DNA of 64,000 nucleotides from Eledone cirrhosa (Eukaryota): NCBI GenBank assembly GCA_964016885.1, contig OZ024753.1, positions 5,022,001 to 5,086,000 of the forward strand, read 5' to 3'. Shown piece by piece: positions 27,146 to 43,017 of this stretch (position 1 is its first letter; each line of letters starts with the position of its first letter). The notes under the pieces were generated by a model. It saw only the letters and a program-made list of their open reading frames with translations, ran no database searches and was not told where the DNA came from. The position numbers and the translations under genes were made by a program.

Positions 27146-28034
27146 AAATACAAATATGTTGTATATTGTATCAAATTATATTAATTTATCATTTACATCG
27201 CACTGGTCAGACATATATATTAAAAGAAATGCATACAAAATATCTATAATAATAAATATATAAAAATTGAAAGAACATAGGTACGAAAATGTGACTTATA
27301 AATCTGTAATTACCTCTGTATACATAACTGTTTACTAAGATTTCATCGTTCAATTATTCAATTTATGGGTACCCTCTGGTAAAACTATTCGTTGTCAAGT
27401 ATTTTTTACGTTTAAGTGACATTTATTAATATGTATATATTTTATTAACACTATATGAAATGAAATCATCCAGTCAGTATTTTAAACACATCTAATACTA
27501 GTACTTATATGGGATTTCTTTTATTTCTTAATAGTCCTGTTTTCTCTTTTTATTTGTAATATTATGATGACGGTTATGTTGACAAAGTATCTTTAATATT
27601 AAAGTTTGAAATTACATACACAAATGTCATAGCTGTCAAAATTCAACACACAAACACATATGTCTCTATTACTTAATTGCATAAATATTTCACATGAAAA
27701 TATAGAATCAAACAAGAAAATATTATGTTAACACTCTGTTAATCGGTCACACACCACAGTGGGTGCCGGAACCTTCCTCCAATAAAACTAACACACTGGC
27801 AGCGTTTTCGCGGCTGATAGCGAAGCTAAGGGGCTAGAACAACCAAGCACCTTCAGTAAGGCAAACCGCCAACGATGACAAGGACTTCCTTATCAGCAGC
27901 CCAGCTCTGGGATTTTACAAGCATATACACACACTAACATCACTATATATATATATACACACACACATTAACATCACTCACTATACATACACAAAAACAG
28001 ACATATATTATATATATATATCTATACATACACA

Positions 28035-28425
28035 TTGATGCTGCTGCTATGCCAGTCATTTGGTATGACCCCATTCTGTATTACTTGGTTTACTATCCAG
28101 GTGACCATAATATGTCCCACCATTCCAGATGCTTTCAATAGCTCAGCAACTATCCCTGAAGGCCCAGCTGCCTTGCCTGTCTTCATATCTTTGATTGCCT
28201 TACTTACAATACTACTACTGACTTGCACAGGTGGTTCCTCTGTTGGATCAACTTGGAACAAACTATCTTTATCCCATTCATTCTCCTCATTTAGTAGTCT
28301 CTCGTAATGACACTTCCATGCTACTTTCTTATCAGTATCAATGACGGCAAATACATCATTATCATTACGGACACACTTCTCCCCAACTATATCGATCGCA
28401 ATTTTCCTTGACACACATCTCCCCA
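28035..28425 (-). mobile_element. RTE-clade LINE ORF2 fragment (pre-RT/RT domain 0-1)
   Basis: W..HYERLLNEEN...AIKDMKTGKAAGPSGIVAELLK...IPNDW is a typical non-LTR RT N-terminal motif set. Confidence 0.85.
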
Positions 28426-28514
28426 ACTATATCACACACACATATATATATATATATATTAATCTGTGTGTATGTATATATATTATACAAACGCACATAC
28501 ATAACATATATATG

Positions 28515-28878
28515 CAGTTCACCCCACCCCCGGTGTTCGCGGGGTTTATGTTCCTAGACCATCCGCGAAGAGAGAAAAACCACGCATATTGAACGTGGTC
28601 CATAAAAATGCTTATAAACGTCAAAATATAACTTAAAGTGTAATAAAAAAAGAGGGAACATCTTATCGAAGGGGTATCCAATAGGCCAGCAAATATGGTA
28701 TATTTTTATTAATAACTTAGTGTTAAAAAAATATATATTGCCACGAAAAAAGTCATCAAAGAATCGCAAAGATATTTACGATTCCGCGAATATGCGGTCG
28801 TTTCCATGAACAATTATTAGTTAGTTTCTAAGAAAATTAAGTGAATAACTTGGAACACGAATGGCGGGGGTTACACTG
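28515..28878. mobile_element. pogo/Tigger-like MITE
   Basis: Imperfect TIRs (CAGTTCACCCC...TTCGCG / CACGAATGGCGGGGGTTACACTG) with a 3' TA. Confidence 0.6.
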
Positions 28879-29639
28879 TATATAGAAATTTACCAAATTA
28901 TTATTTAAAATATCACAATCCAGAAGAGTGAGAATAACATTTATTGTGTAACACTTACACGTGTTTCATCGTATGTATTACCTATCGGTCTTGGATCACT
29001 AATATTTGATTATTTTATATATATATATATATGTATATATAATACAACACAATGTTTAAATGCACCCAGTACATGCTGTAAAGGGGAACATATGAGCAGA
29101 CGTGTTCAACTGATCTGTCATGTCTCAGAATGTGGCAACCCTTCCAACGTATACCAGTGGGGTAAATAAATGTAAAACAGTGATGATGATATCACATGGA
29201 TATATTTATCTATGTATCTTTCTGTCTGACACCAGTTTTACACTATCATATCTTTTCTTACTTTTCAGTTGTGCTAACTAACTGTTGCTTTAAAACCTGT
29301 AGTAGAACACTAATTTCACCAGAACCTCTAATACCAGGCATCATATTGATTAAGCCTACATGTCCACATGTTCTTAATATAGAAACACATATTTTTGTCA
29401 ACATCTATATTTTTCACTTGAAGAAGACCCAGTCAGCAGAAGAATTCTAGTGGTAAATAGAAAATATATCTACAGTATAAGTAAGGGTGCATAAAAGATG
29501 TAGTGGAATCACAGGTAAGCTAACTAAGAATATAGATTTTATATGTGGCTGGTGCTCTGGTGCAATAAGTAGTAGCAAATGCCCACAGAATACTAGCTCA
29601 TTCCATTGCCCAGATGGTTCTATAGAAATAGTGAACACC

Positions 29640-30581
29640 TTCCGTTAGCTGGGTGACAAAATCAGCAGTGGTGGAGGGTGCTCCGAAAGTACTGTAGCTA
29701 GAGTCAGAACAGGATGGAAAAAGTTCAGAGAGCCTATACCACTATTGGCCGCTAAGGGTTTCTCTCTAAAAATGAAAGGCAGGCTGTATGATGCCTGCAT
29801 ACGAACAGTGATGTTACATGGCAGTGAGACATGGGCCTTGTGTGCAGAGGATCTACGCAGACTGGAGAGGAACAAAGCTTGCATGCTCCGTTGGATGTGT
29901 AATAGTAATATACGCAAACGGCAAAGCATAAATGAACTAAGTGAGAAATTAGGAATAAGGGGGATCAGATGCTGTTTACTCGAGAGAAGACTACGTTGCT
30001 ATGGTCACGTGATGCGCATGAAAGACGACAGCTGTATAAAAAAGTGCAGGGTGATCAAAATAGACGGTAGCTAGGGAGTAGGCAGACCCAGAAAAACCTG
30101 GGATCACTTGATAAATTCCGACCTCACACACTTACACCTCTCCAAGACAATGTCACTGGACCGAGATCTTTGGCGCTATGCAGGAATACAGAAGACCCGC
30201 CTTGCCTAAGTACAAAGCGAAACCTACAGTCAGTAGGCACCTCTTAACCAAAATACACCCCCTACCCCTACCCCCATCTACACCACCCCTTTCGATGTAA
30301 AGCTATGTTGGTACCACAACATCCAGTCCTAAATAAATGAGGTCGCGTAGGTGTCACGACAAAAAAACACAGTCCATGCTGTAATGTGGCCGTGTAGGTA
30401 ACACGGTAAAAACCTCCCAGTCCACACTGTAAATGTGGTCGGTGTTAGGAAGGGCATCCAGCCATAGAAAACCCGCCAGACAGTCCCGAGCAAGACAACT
30501 AATCTTGCCTCAAGTGGGACAATTCCCATCCAGACCCATGCTAGCGTGGAAGATGGACGTTAAACGATGATGATGATGATG
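29640..30581 (+). mobile_element. RTE-clade LINE, 5'-truncated 3' end with 3'UTR and (GAT)n tail
   Basis: LYDACIRTVMLHGSETW...RRLRCYGHVMRM...GRPRKTW motifs; ends CGTTAAACGATGATGATGATGAT. Confidence 0.88.
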
Positions 30582-30684
30582 AGGATTGCATATTTTCTAT
30601 ACATGTAAGCAGTATCCCTTGACATATAAGACAAGAAATTGAACCATAATATGTATATATTTATATATATTCTCAACATTTAAT

Positions 30685-31689
<1,005 letters not shown>

Positions 31690-31690
<1 letters not shown>

Positions 31691-31834
31691 CTGTAACTGG
31701 CTGCTCATACTGATGTTAAGGTATTGTTCTCAAAATAAATAATATCAAAATCTCATAGATTCGATATTATGCGAGGTAAAGCCTTCACTACAAAAATACA
31801 ACAGTATATATAGAGTAATGCAAATGCTAAAGGG
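31690..31834. mobile_element. Partial piggyBac-type MITE (same family as 45735-45941, opposite orientation)
   Basis: Ends TGCTAAAGGG-TTAA. The internal sequence is the reverse complement of ~45735-45880. Confidence 0.75.
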
Positions 31835-32099
31835 TTAAGCTGAATGGGTTGGACATGTCTGTTATGTAAGATATCACCACATTTTTTTCAATTTTTTATC
31901 ACCACAACTGACTGATTTACTTTCTGTAAATATCTTAAACTTAAATAAAGTTGATTGACTCTTAAATTATTCTCCTATTGTTTATGTGTGGAACATGTAT
32001 TTGTGTTGACATAGTAGCTCTACCTCTCGAAATATGAAAACCTACTTCCAAAGAACCAAAGACATATAACAATCCAGAACATAACTACAGTTAGATAGA

Positions 32100-32420
32100 T
32101 AGGTACTTCGTCGGTTACAGCGAATGTTCCAGTTGATGTGATCACTGGAACAGCCTGCTCATGAAATTAACATGCAAGTGGCTGAGCATTACACAGAAAC
32201 ACATACCTTTAACATAGTTTTAAGGAGATTCAGCATGACACTGAATGTGACAAGGCTGGCCCTTCAAATTACAGGTGCAACTCATTTTTGTCAGCTGAAT
32301 GGACTGGAGCAATGTGAAACAAAGTATCTTACTGAAGAATACAACATACCACCAGAAATCGAACTCATGACCTTCAGATCATGAGCCAAATACCCTAACC
32401 ACTAAGCCATGTGCCTACAA
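32100..32420 (-). mobile_element. tRNA-derived SINE
   Basis: The minus strand starts GGCACATGGCTTAGTGGTTAGGG (A box) with a GAGTTCGATT B box. A related copy lies at 61140-61432. Confidence 0.7.
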
Positions 32421-33139
32421 CTTAGTGGGAAATATACACAAGATATATGAAATAATGTATATATAATATCCAGAATATATCTGAGATATCATAGATATAT
32501 CCTATCATACTATATTGAAATGTTTTCATTAATGATAGTGCTCCAACATGGCCTCAGCCAGTCGGCTGGAACAGGTAAAAGAATAATGGTTTGTGTAGTT
32601 ATATCTAACATAACTGTACAGTAGTATTACCTTTAATTCATAAGACTACATTGCTCAGCTATTTACACACATTAGGCTCAGAGTACATCACCCTCTTCCT
32701 TTTTTCTGTGGCCCAAGAGTCCTTGCTTTTCCCTTCCTTTATGGCATTTATAGTCCTTTCCTCTACTTTCCCATAGTCAGATCTGCCCTTCTTTACTCCT
32801 CCCACTTTTTCTCATTACTTAATTTTGTTTTTATCTTTCTTTATCATATTTCCATCATTGTATAACTATGAATAATAAAACAAAAGTATCTTTTCTCTAG
32901 AAATATGTGAGAAGAGATATATATGAGTATTCTGAGAGTAAAATGTTATTAAAATTATCACAACAGCAAGTTATCTCACCAATGTAGATATACTCTTTTA
33001 TGTGTTCCAGCTGAGGCCATACTGGAGCACCACCATTGATATAATTATGGGAATATAAAATAGTGTTGGGAAGTCATCACATAGTTACAACTTCATTTCT
33101 GTGTGAATAGATTCATAATTATATGAGGTATTTCTTTCA

Positions 33140-33956
<817 letters not shown>

Positions 33957-34579
33957 CTGAAATAATAAAGAAACAGTATAAAATATACAAGATACTTAAA
34001 AAGTAAAGATTTGACATTGAAAATTTTGTTACATTTCTATATTGATAAACTGTAGACAGAAACCTGAGGTGTACTTGGACCCCATACAGTCGAGCTCCTC
34101 CACAAGATTGGAACATCAGCAGCCGTCTGAGGAGGGAGCCCCACGAGGTGGGGTGCTTGTTGTTGGCCATTGTCTGCAGGAATGCTTTTGTGGTCTTGTC
34201 TGCAGGGCACAGCCCCTTTACTGCCACGCCCTGGGCCCAGAGCCCAATCAATCTCACCCTCCCCATTCTTCTGTGACATCTAGGATCCTTACTATTCCCT
34301 CCCTTTTCCATTTTTTTTTTTTTTTTCTTTATATTTTCCTCTTCTCAATCTTTTTTCTATTAAACTGTATTTACATGATATATTCCATAAATAAATTATT
34401 ATTTACTGAAAAAAATAAAAATAAAACTTTTTGTGGACATAAAAAATTGTATTTTGTAATTTGTTATTAAAACTACATCATAGAAACTGGTGTAAAGTTT
34501 ATATATTTACAGGCTAAATTTACACCTTCAAATTAAATAATAATATACATGTTAAAAGTTGTGAATTAGCAGAGTTATT

Positions 34580-35354
34580 AGAAGGTGATCTCCAACATCC
34601 ACTTCATAGGTTTGCTGCTAAGAGTTGCATGGCAGGAATAAAAAATAAGTGCTGCGAAGACTGAGGCAACCATCCTCTCAACGAAGCTTGCACAGTGCAC
34701 TCTGTATGTGAGTGGAGTTCTATTGAAGTAGGTAGAGAAGTTCAAGTATCTAGGGGTCATGTTCACGAGTGATGGAAGGCAGGAGGCTTGAGTAAATACA
34801 AGAATTGCAGGAGTTGGTGCAGTAATACACTAACTTCAGCAATTGGTCATCAGATGAAGGGAGGTAGGTGTAAAAACCTAACTTACTATCTTTAATTCAG
34901 TAATCATGCCAACTCTTACCTATGGTCATGAATCTTGGATAATGACCAAATGAATATGATTGCGAATAGAAATGGACGAAATGGGGTTCCTCCAAAGGAT
35001 CGTTGGAATCATGTTACTTGATAGTGTATAGCTCGGAAATCAGAGAGTCACTCCAGGTAAAGTTGCTACTTATCTGAGTTGAGGAATCACAGCTGCGATA
35101 CTATGGGCATGTGGTTAGAATATCTCAGGAAAAAGTTGCTGGACAGATTTTACGAGCAAAACTAACTGGCAGGAGACCCAGGGGTAGACCTTGAGCAATG
35201 TGGCTGGATAACATCCATGAGCTTGGTTGGTCTCACTTAGGGGTCAAAACAGATCAATTGGAGACACTTGCTCTTGACACAACTCGCTGGAAGGAGCGTT
35301 TGAGGACACTGCCCCTACAACCCTCCCTGGACAATGGGAAGAAGAAGGAGGAAG

Positions 35355-35355
<1 letters not shown>
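34580..35355 (+). mobile_element. Degenerate RTE-clade LINE 3' fragment
   Basis: KFKYLGV, TLTYGHESW, QLRYYGHV and RPRGRP motifs with stops; (GAA)n-like tail at ~35340. Confidence 0.8.
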
Positions 35356-35605
<250 letters not shown>

Positions 35606-35651
35606 TCAACTGTAAAAATTTTGCTCCCCATTTTTTATTGATATAGATATA

Positions 35652-35840
35652 CTGTAAATATTTGAATATAATCCGTCCCCACTAATTTAAGCCTGAGAAA
35701 TGCGCAAAAATCGAAACCTTATTTACGTAGAATTTCAAGTTGGTGAAAATCATCAAAATATTGACTGAATATAAGCTGACCCTGCTCTACCATCAATTTT
35801 TGTGCCACATATTCCTCAGCTTATATTCAAGTATATACAG
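35652..35840. mobile_element. pogo/Tigger-like MITE (189 bp)
   Basis: TA-CTGTAAATATTTGAATATAA ... TTATATTCAAGTATATACAG-TA: 20-bp imperfect TIRs with TA flanks. Confidence 0.7.
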
Positions 35841-36513
35841 TAAATATCTATCTGAACAGTTGAACTTTAACTTTTTTTTTAAATTGAATAATAAACAAAA
35901 TTGCTGGTGCCACAACAAAAAGCACCTAGTTCACCCTGTAAGGTGGTGGTGTTGAAGTCACAATAAAATGCTCCGAGTACACTAATCCATACATCGAGCC
36001 ATAAAAAGTAGTACACACTGTAAAGTAGTTGGTGTTAGGAAGGGCATCCAGCCACAGAAACCGAGCAAGATCTAGTTTCCTGACCAGTCAGGCTTCAGCA
36101 TGTGACAACCATTTAACCCATGCAAGTATGGAAAATAGACATTGAATGGTGATTATGATATGTTCCAGAGTGTGGAATTAGCTGCTGAAATGGTAAGAGC
36201 TCAGCTGTCAGGTCCCAACTCTTTCATATAACCATACTCTACTACTCCAAGTATCGAGTATTGGAAAAAATGTCTTTAGATAAAAAACATATATATATAT
36301 ATATATATACATTGTATAAACCAGGCATGAGCAAACTTTTTCGAGCAGTGAGCCACATAGGATGTGGCTCATCATAAGGTAGGCCACACTACTAAAAGAT
36401 TCAAGGCAATTTTGAATTTAGACTTGCCATTCAGAAAACCAAATACATATATAAGACTAGAATAATATAATACAATCAATCAAGCAATTGTTTCCCCTTC
36501 ATATGATTTAAAA

Positions 36514-36830
36514 ACTTACCTGTATTTCTCTAAATTTCAATTATGTCTTTCTAATCTTTATCATATCTATCTAATTCATTGTGGTCTCTAAGAATCCAGT
36601 CTGTCAGCTTTTATGCCCATCGATTCACCTGTCTGTTCCAACTCAATTTCAAATTTGACAGTGTCATTTAATTTTGGACCAGATCTGACCTAGGGTTAAA
36701 TGACACACCATTTATAAATGCTTTAGCGTTATTTGACGCTTCAAGATAAACATCAAATTATGTAACACTCTCCTGTGATTAGAGGTGAGGTTTTCCCCTT
36801 ACAACAAATTCACTTCCGGTCTGTCAGCCA
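36514..36830 (-). promoter_or_regulatory. Possible promoter and non-coding first exon (minus strand), perhaps of the downstream ZNF locus
   Basis: Minus-strand donor CAG|GTAAGT at 36520/36519 and an ETS-type CCGGAAGT at ~36812-36819, in a locally GC/CpG-richer patch. Confidence 0.3.
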
Positions 36831-37273
36831 CACTCCGACCACGGGGGGGGGGGGGCACTCGGATTTTTCCAGCCACGGAGTTCTCTTCGGTGAGAAATTT
36901 TTCGGTAAATCTATTTTAAAAAAACCATCCACTGGGGGTCGGTGAGCAATTTTTTCCTTTTTTTTTTTTTTTTTTCTTAAGCGACTCGACTTTTTCGGAA
37001 ACAAATTACTCCGTTCTGTCGTTCGCTGTAGAATTCGTTATGGTTCCTCTTTTCCCAGTATCACCAAACTGGTGGGCAAAAGTCTCGGCACCTTCAGGTC
37101 ACTCCTACCGCTGTACACATCTGTTCAAAATAGAATTGAAGAAACGAAGATAAAGAACATTCTATCTATATATCGAAACTGAGGAAAGAATGAATTCGAA
37201 ATAAAAATTGCTTCAGATGCAAGTTTGGGAACGCCAGCCTACAAAAAAAAAATGCCAGCAACTACACACGCTC

Positions 37274-37306
<33 letters not shown>

Positions 37307-37439
37307 CTGAAAGTTCAGTAAATCCGAAGAATCTGATGTGATTTTTGTTGTGTTAACACTGGTCTGAGGAGCAGCTGCTTGAGAAACATTTGTAATTAGG
37401 ATTGAGCAATAAATCTGTGTAAAACCTGCACTTTGTTCT

Positions 37440-37480
<41 letters not shown>

Positions 37481-37639
37481 CTATATATATATATATTTAT
37501 TAAAATAACAGATTAAAGTTTAAGCAAAGAATCGCTACTTTCACCCTTAACGGGATCTTCTGATATATATATATATATATTTCGTTTCTGAATTTGTTTA
37601 GCAAGATTATTTATCTGAAATCGTGTGTTGAAACCGATA

Positions 37640-38234
37640 TTGTTATACTTTGGGAGGGTCATGTTGCCAATAAGAAACACACGCACCAGTTGCTTTCACT
37701 TCAATTTATTATAAATTAAATTATAAATTTAAAAGATTTATGAATTTCCGGTTAGTTGGTTGGTTCCAAAACCGGATGGTTGTTCATATATTGTCAAAGT
37801 TGTTTCGTCACACATTCTGTGACCTCATCATGAATGGAATAGCAACATCACAACTTACAATTAATGATAAAATGAAAACACACACACATAGAACAAACAA
37901 CCAACTAGTAACATGTAAATAAACAAATAAAAACACACACAGACACCCGGATGTAACACATGCGCAAACTAAGCACACAACACACACAAAAACAAGATGG
38001 CGTGGGACAGAACAAAGGAGAGGCACAAAACAAAGAAAAGAACCCCGGTCACTGATGAGGTCACAGAATGTGTGACGAAAGAACTTTGACAATATATGAG
38101 CAACCATCCGGTTGTGGAACCAACCAACCAACCGGAAATTTATAAATTTTTTAAATTTATAATAAATTGGAGTAAAAGCAACTGGTGCGCGTGTTTCTTA
38201 TTGGCAACATGACCCTCGCAAAGTATAACAATAT
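37640..38234. mobile_element. Penelope-like element remnant: ~190-bp inverted repeat with ~220-bp spacer
   Basis: 37640-37830 is the reverse complement of 38053-38234. The arms contain a minimal hammerhead motif, and the element lies among (TA)n tracts. Confidence 0.75.
38048..38090 (+). ncRNA. Minimal type I hammerhead ribozyme motif (Penelope-associated type)
   Basis: GTCA-CTGATGA-G-GTCACA(gaatg)TGTGAC-GAAA-gaac-TT-TGAC: intact core, 6-bp stem II, 4-bp stem I, vestigial stem III. Confidence 0.6.
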
Positions 38235-38499
38235 ATATACAAATTTTAGTACAGCATTAACGAAGCTTTAGTTTGCGGCCAAGCTAACGAATGCAAACTC
38301 GGTCTGTAGCTTTAGCACTCGGATGGGGAAAAGTACCCCAGAGTAATAACAATACATTTAGACAGCTTAGCAAATCAAATATAGCGATCGGCAGTCCAGC
38401 CGCATCACCAGAGCAACGAAAATACAGGACCCAGTTATATATATATATATATATGAAAACGGAGAAAAATATTTTTTTTTCCTTTTTATTTTTTTCTGT

Positions 38500-38630
38500 G
38501 TTACATATATATGTATATATATGTATATATATATACATATATATATGCAAATATATATATGTGTGTGTATATATATGTATATATAGATATGTATATATAT
38601 ATATATACGTACATATATATATGTATATAT

Positions 38631-38707
<77 letters not shown>
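38500..38707. repeat. (TA)n microsatellite with CA/TG interruptions
   Basis: Directly visible. Confidence 0.95.
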
Positions 38708-38710
<3 letters not shown>

Positions 38711-38865
38711 GTCATGGTTAGAAAGGGCTCTATGAATTTAAAAAAGCATCCTGGTACAAACATACACGACAAATAAATGTGAGTTAGAAAACCTCTATCA
38801 ATTTTCTGTGGGGTGGGGAAGATTGCCGAAAGTTGGGGGACGCCTAACTGGAAGCATGAGAGCGA

Positions 38866-39025
38866 GTGACGTCACACGAGGGTTGATGGGCTACTTTCCT
38901 GCGCCCCTGTGCTAGCAGTTCGGGTGGTGTGTAGACATGTTGTGTGAAAGCAGACGAAGTTGGATGTATCACACGTGGAGAGTGGAACGACTCAGGTCAA
39001 AGTGATTCGAAGACGCAAGGTAAGT
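38866..39025 (+). promoter_or_regulatory. Candidate promoter (palindromic CRE GTGACGTCAC) and non-coding first exon ending at donor AAG|GTAAGT (39019/39020)
   Basis: TGACGTCA at 38867-38874, a CpG-richer patch and a consensus donor. It is 5.3 kb upstream of the hyaluronidase ATG on the same strand; the link to that gene is inference. Confidence 0.45.
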
Positions 39026-39300
39026 TCGTATGCCTCCGGCTACACAATTAGTTTAACAAAATCACCTCCAAAGTTGTTTAAAATCCCCATCCCCAAAATA
39101 AACTAAACTAAATAAGAAGATCATTTTAATAAGATGAAACGTTTGTAATGTTTTAGACATTTCAGATTTTGAATTTAAAGTCAACTGGTGAAAGCAACGG
39201 ATAGGTTTCGGTGTTATTACACTTCCTCAACTAATTATATTCTATTTAGTTGGCAGGACTAAGATGGATCAACACATGCACACTTAAGTGTGTGTGTATG

Positions 39301-39338
<38 letters not shown>

Positions 39339-39342
39339 CATG

Positions 39343-39454
39343 AAAGGGAAGCACGAACAAGGGACAGTCCCCTCTTCAGTTGTCTGCTGGAGGTTGTTGG
39401 TGACCTCCAGCAGCCAACTGAAGAGGGGACTGCCCCTTGTTTGTGCTTTCCTTT
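39343..39454. repeat. Fold-back hairpin (52-bp arms, 8-nt loop)
   Basis: 39343-39394 is the reverse complement of 39403-39454 with few mismatches; adjacent to (TA)n(GA)n. Confidence 0.9.
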
Positions 39455-40076
39455 TATTTCTAAATAGACTTTATTAAGTAACCACACAGCCCCTTGTTTC
39501 TTCTATATATATATGTGTGTGTGTGTCAAAACGGTGCCTCTGCGTCTCCATCAGAAGTTACGGGGCTATACATACACATAGCGTCTTGTGTATGTACTTA
39601 TGTAGTGGCCAACAGTAACAAAACGAACCAGTTCATGAACGCCTACCTACACCAGTGTTCGTCCCTTCCGCTACACCTCTCTAACAAACAGACGTATGTC
39701 ACCCCCATGGTTTCAGTGGACAGAATACACAGGAGTTACATTGAATTTATTTCTTTTTAAATAGTATTAAAAACTTAATGCGTCTCTTAATCGAAAGTGA
39801 ACAGGTGTGATATCGTGGTGCGTTCCTGGTGATTTAGTGGTGTGTCTCTGGCATTACAATAGATTTAAAGTAATTCTTTTTTCATTGTGGCTTATATCAA
39901 TAAGTACATTCCCTCTTACCTCTTATTCTACTAAGGAAAATAGAAACATTTATATGCACATGTACATAATGGCTGCAACTCGATTTCAAGTAATGTCATT
40001 GATTGATACTTAAGCATGAGCACCACGAACATGGCTTTTTAGTCCTACTCGGGATTTGCGTATTGCCAGCAATACT

Positions 40077-41123
<1,047 letters not shown>

Positions 41124-42224
41124 TTACGAAGATAAGTCAAATTAAATTTTGTTTGTGTGAATCAGGTGTGCAAACAAAATAAATATGGAAAATAGCTTAC
41201 CAAATATTTTTCTCGATATGTTCCTTGCAAGGCGTTTTTATATTACTAAAATGAAGTGATAAGTGATCGTCAACAAAGCTGGCGAGCCAGGTATGATCAC
41301 TCAAGGTTGTTTACGTTAATTTCTCCATTCAATGGAAAGTTCTAACCAGATCCAGGCCTTACGGAAATAGAGCAGTGACCTGTAACTTGTGTATCGTTGA
41401 AAGAGCGAATATCTTGCAGAGATTACGTAACAATACTTGCCTTAACACGAGACCCGATTTTTTAACCCCTCCCCCATATTTGTTGCGTGACTGGAAGGAC
41501 CCAGATAACGAGAACTTTAATCCGGACTGAACTAACACAAACGAAAGCCCCCCCCCCCCCCCCCCAACAACAACAACAACAGTCTAATTTAAGTTGTCTC
41601 CCTAGTCATCAAACTACCGATATCTGTCGTTCAGAATCCAGTCAACTTATATATATTTCCGTTCTCACCACAACCATACACGGGTTGAAAATCCCTGCGG
41701 TGAAATACAAGTCCTCGAATGATGCTTACTAATTTGTTGTGGAATCAACTCTATATCGAACTCGTCCTTTTGACTGAGTGCTCTTCCAGCTTCGGATATA
41801 ACCTCCCGTATTTTAACGCTATATATGTGTGTGTAGGATATGCGTAGATAAAAACCAAAGAAAACAAGGCTCAATCTATTGCAAGAGAGCTTATTTAATA
41901 TAATTAAAATATACACTTAACATGTATTCGTGACCTTACGTTTCGGGGTCCAGTTATGGCCACCACTGTATAATGAAGGATCGTTTCAATACTGGCCTCT
42001 CAAGGAACGCTGGATGTTATGAATTAATAATAAAGACAGAAAACTCTCTTGGTGAATGAGAGAGCAAGCAAAATGGATAAAATAAAAGTACAGAACACCA
42101 TGAAACATGACGAGGCGTTGAAGATGGAGAGGACATCGGGCATGGAGAAACTTCAACAACTGGACAAATAGTTATGTACACAATGAAGTCAGGTAGGTAC
42201 GTTCATGTAGTTGGGGAAGATAGA

Positions 42225-42370
42225 GTGGTAAGATCGATAAATGTATGTTCGTTAGTGGCAGAGGACGAAATAGGTTGGTGAAATTGATAAGTTTATGTTC
42301 GTTAGTGACAGAGGACGAAATAGGGTGGTGAGATCGATATGTTTATGGTCGTTAGTGCCACAGGATAGAA
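42225..42370. repeat. ~50-bp tandem repeat x3
   Basis: GTTAGTG(G/A/C)CA recurs at 42251, 42301 and 42351. Confidence 0.75.
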
Positions 42371-43017
42371 ACAATTGGTACCAGCAGTAGGTAGATAATG
42401 GTTGAGGAGGAACTTTACCTTTCACCCTTTCAAGGTTAATAAATAAAGTATCAGTCAAATACTGAGGGTTGATACTTCCTCTCTCTCTATCATTTCTTTA
42501 TCAGTCTCTCTCTATTATTTTCTCTTTCAGTCTTTCCATTATTTTCCTCCTCAGTCTCCCCTCTTTCTCACACACCCTCTCTCTCTATCTATCCAGGCAT
42601 TTCTCTATCTATATCTTTCTTTTTCTGAAACCAATCTCCTGAGAAGAGAATGGGTCTAAAAAGTTTTAAATGCTCAAGAGACGCCATGTGTCGGGAAGAC
42701 GTCTCTACGCCCGAAAGAGTTAAGAATCCTTTAGTTGCTTCTTTTTTTTACATTATTACCATTGGATGATGTCAAAGAGTTTCCCAATATTTTTGAAAAT
42801 TACCTATATAAACCTTTCCTTATATCTCAGTAGTATTGTATTCGTTCACCTTTTGAAATATTATAAAGAAAGAAAAAATAATATAATAAAATGGAATAAA
42901 AAATAAAGTTTTACAAACTAAATCAATAGTCATTAGTATATTTTGAATAAGTCATGTCTGATAGACACCTGTTTTGAAGTGTAAATATGTATAACATCTT
43001 CCTTTAATACCTGGGCT

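Noticed and set aside
42635-42725. Possible extended hammerhead (CTGAGAAGAG...GAGACG/CGTCTC...CCCGAAAG)
   Set aside because: The core does not match CUGANGA and I could not close stems I and II convincingly.
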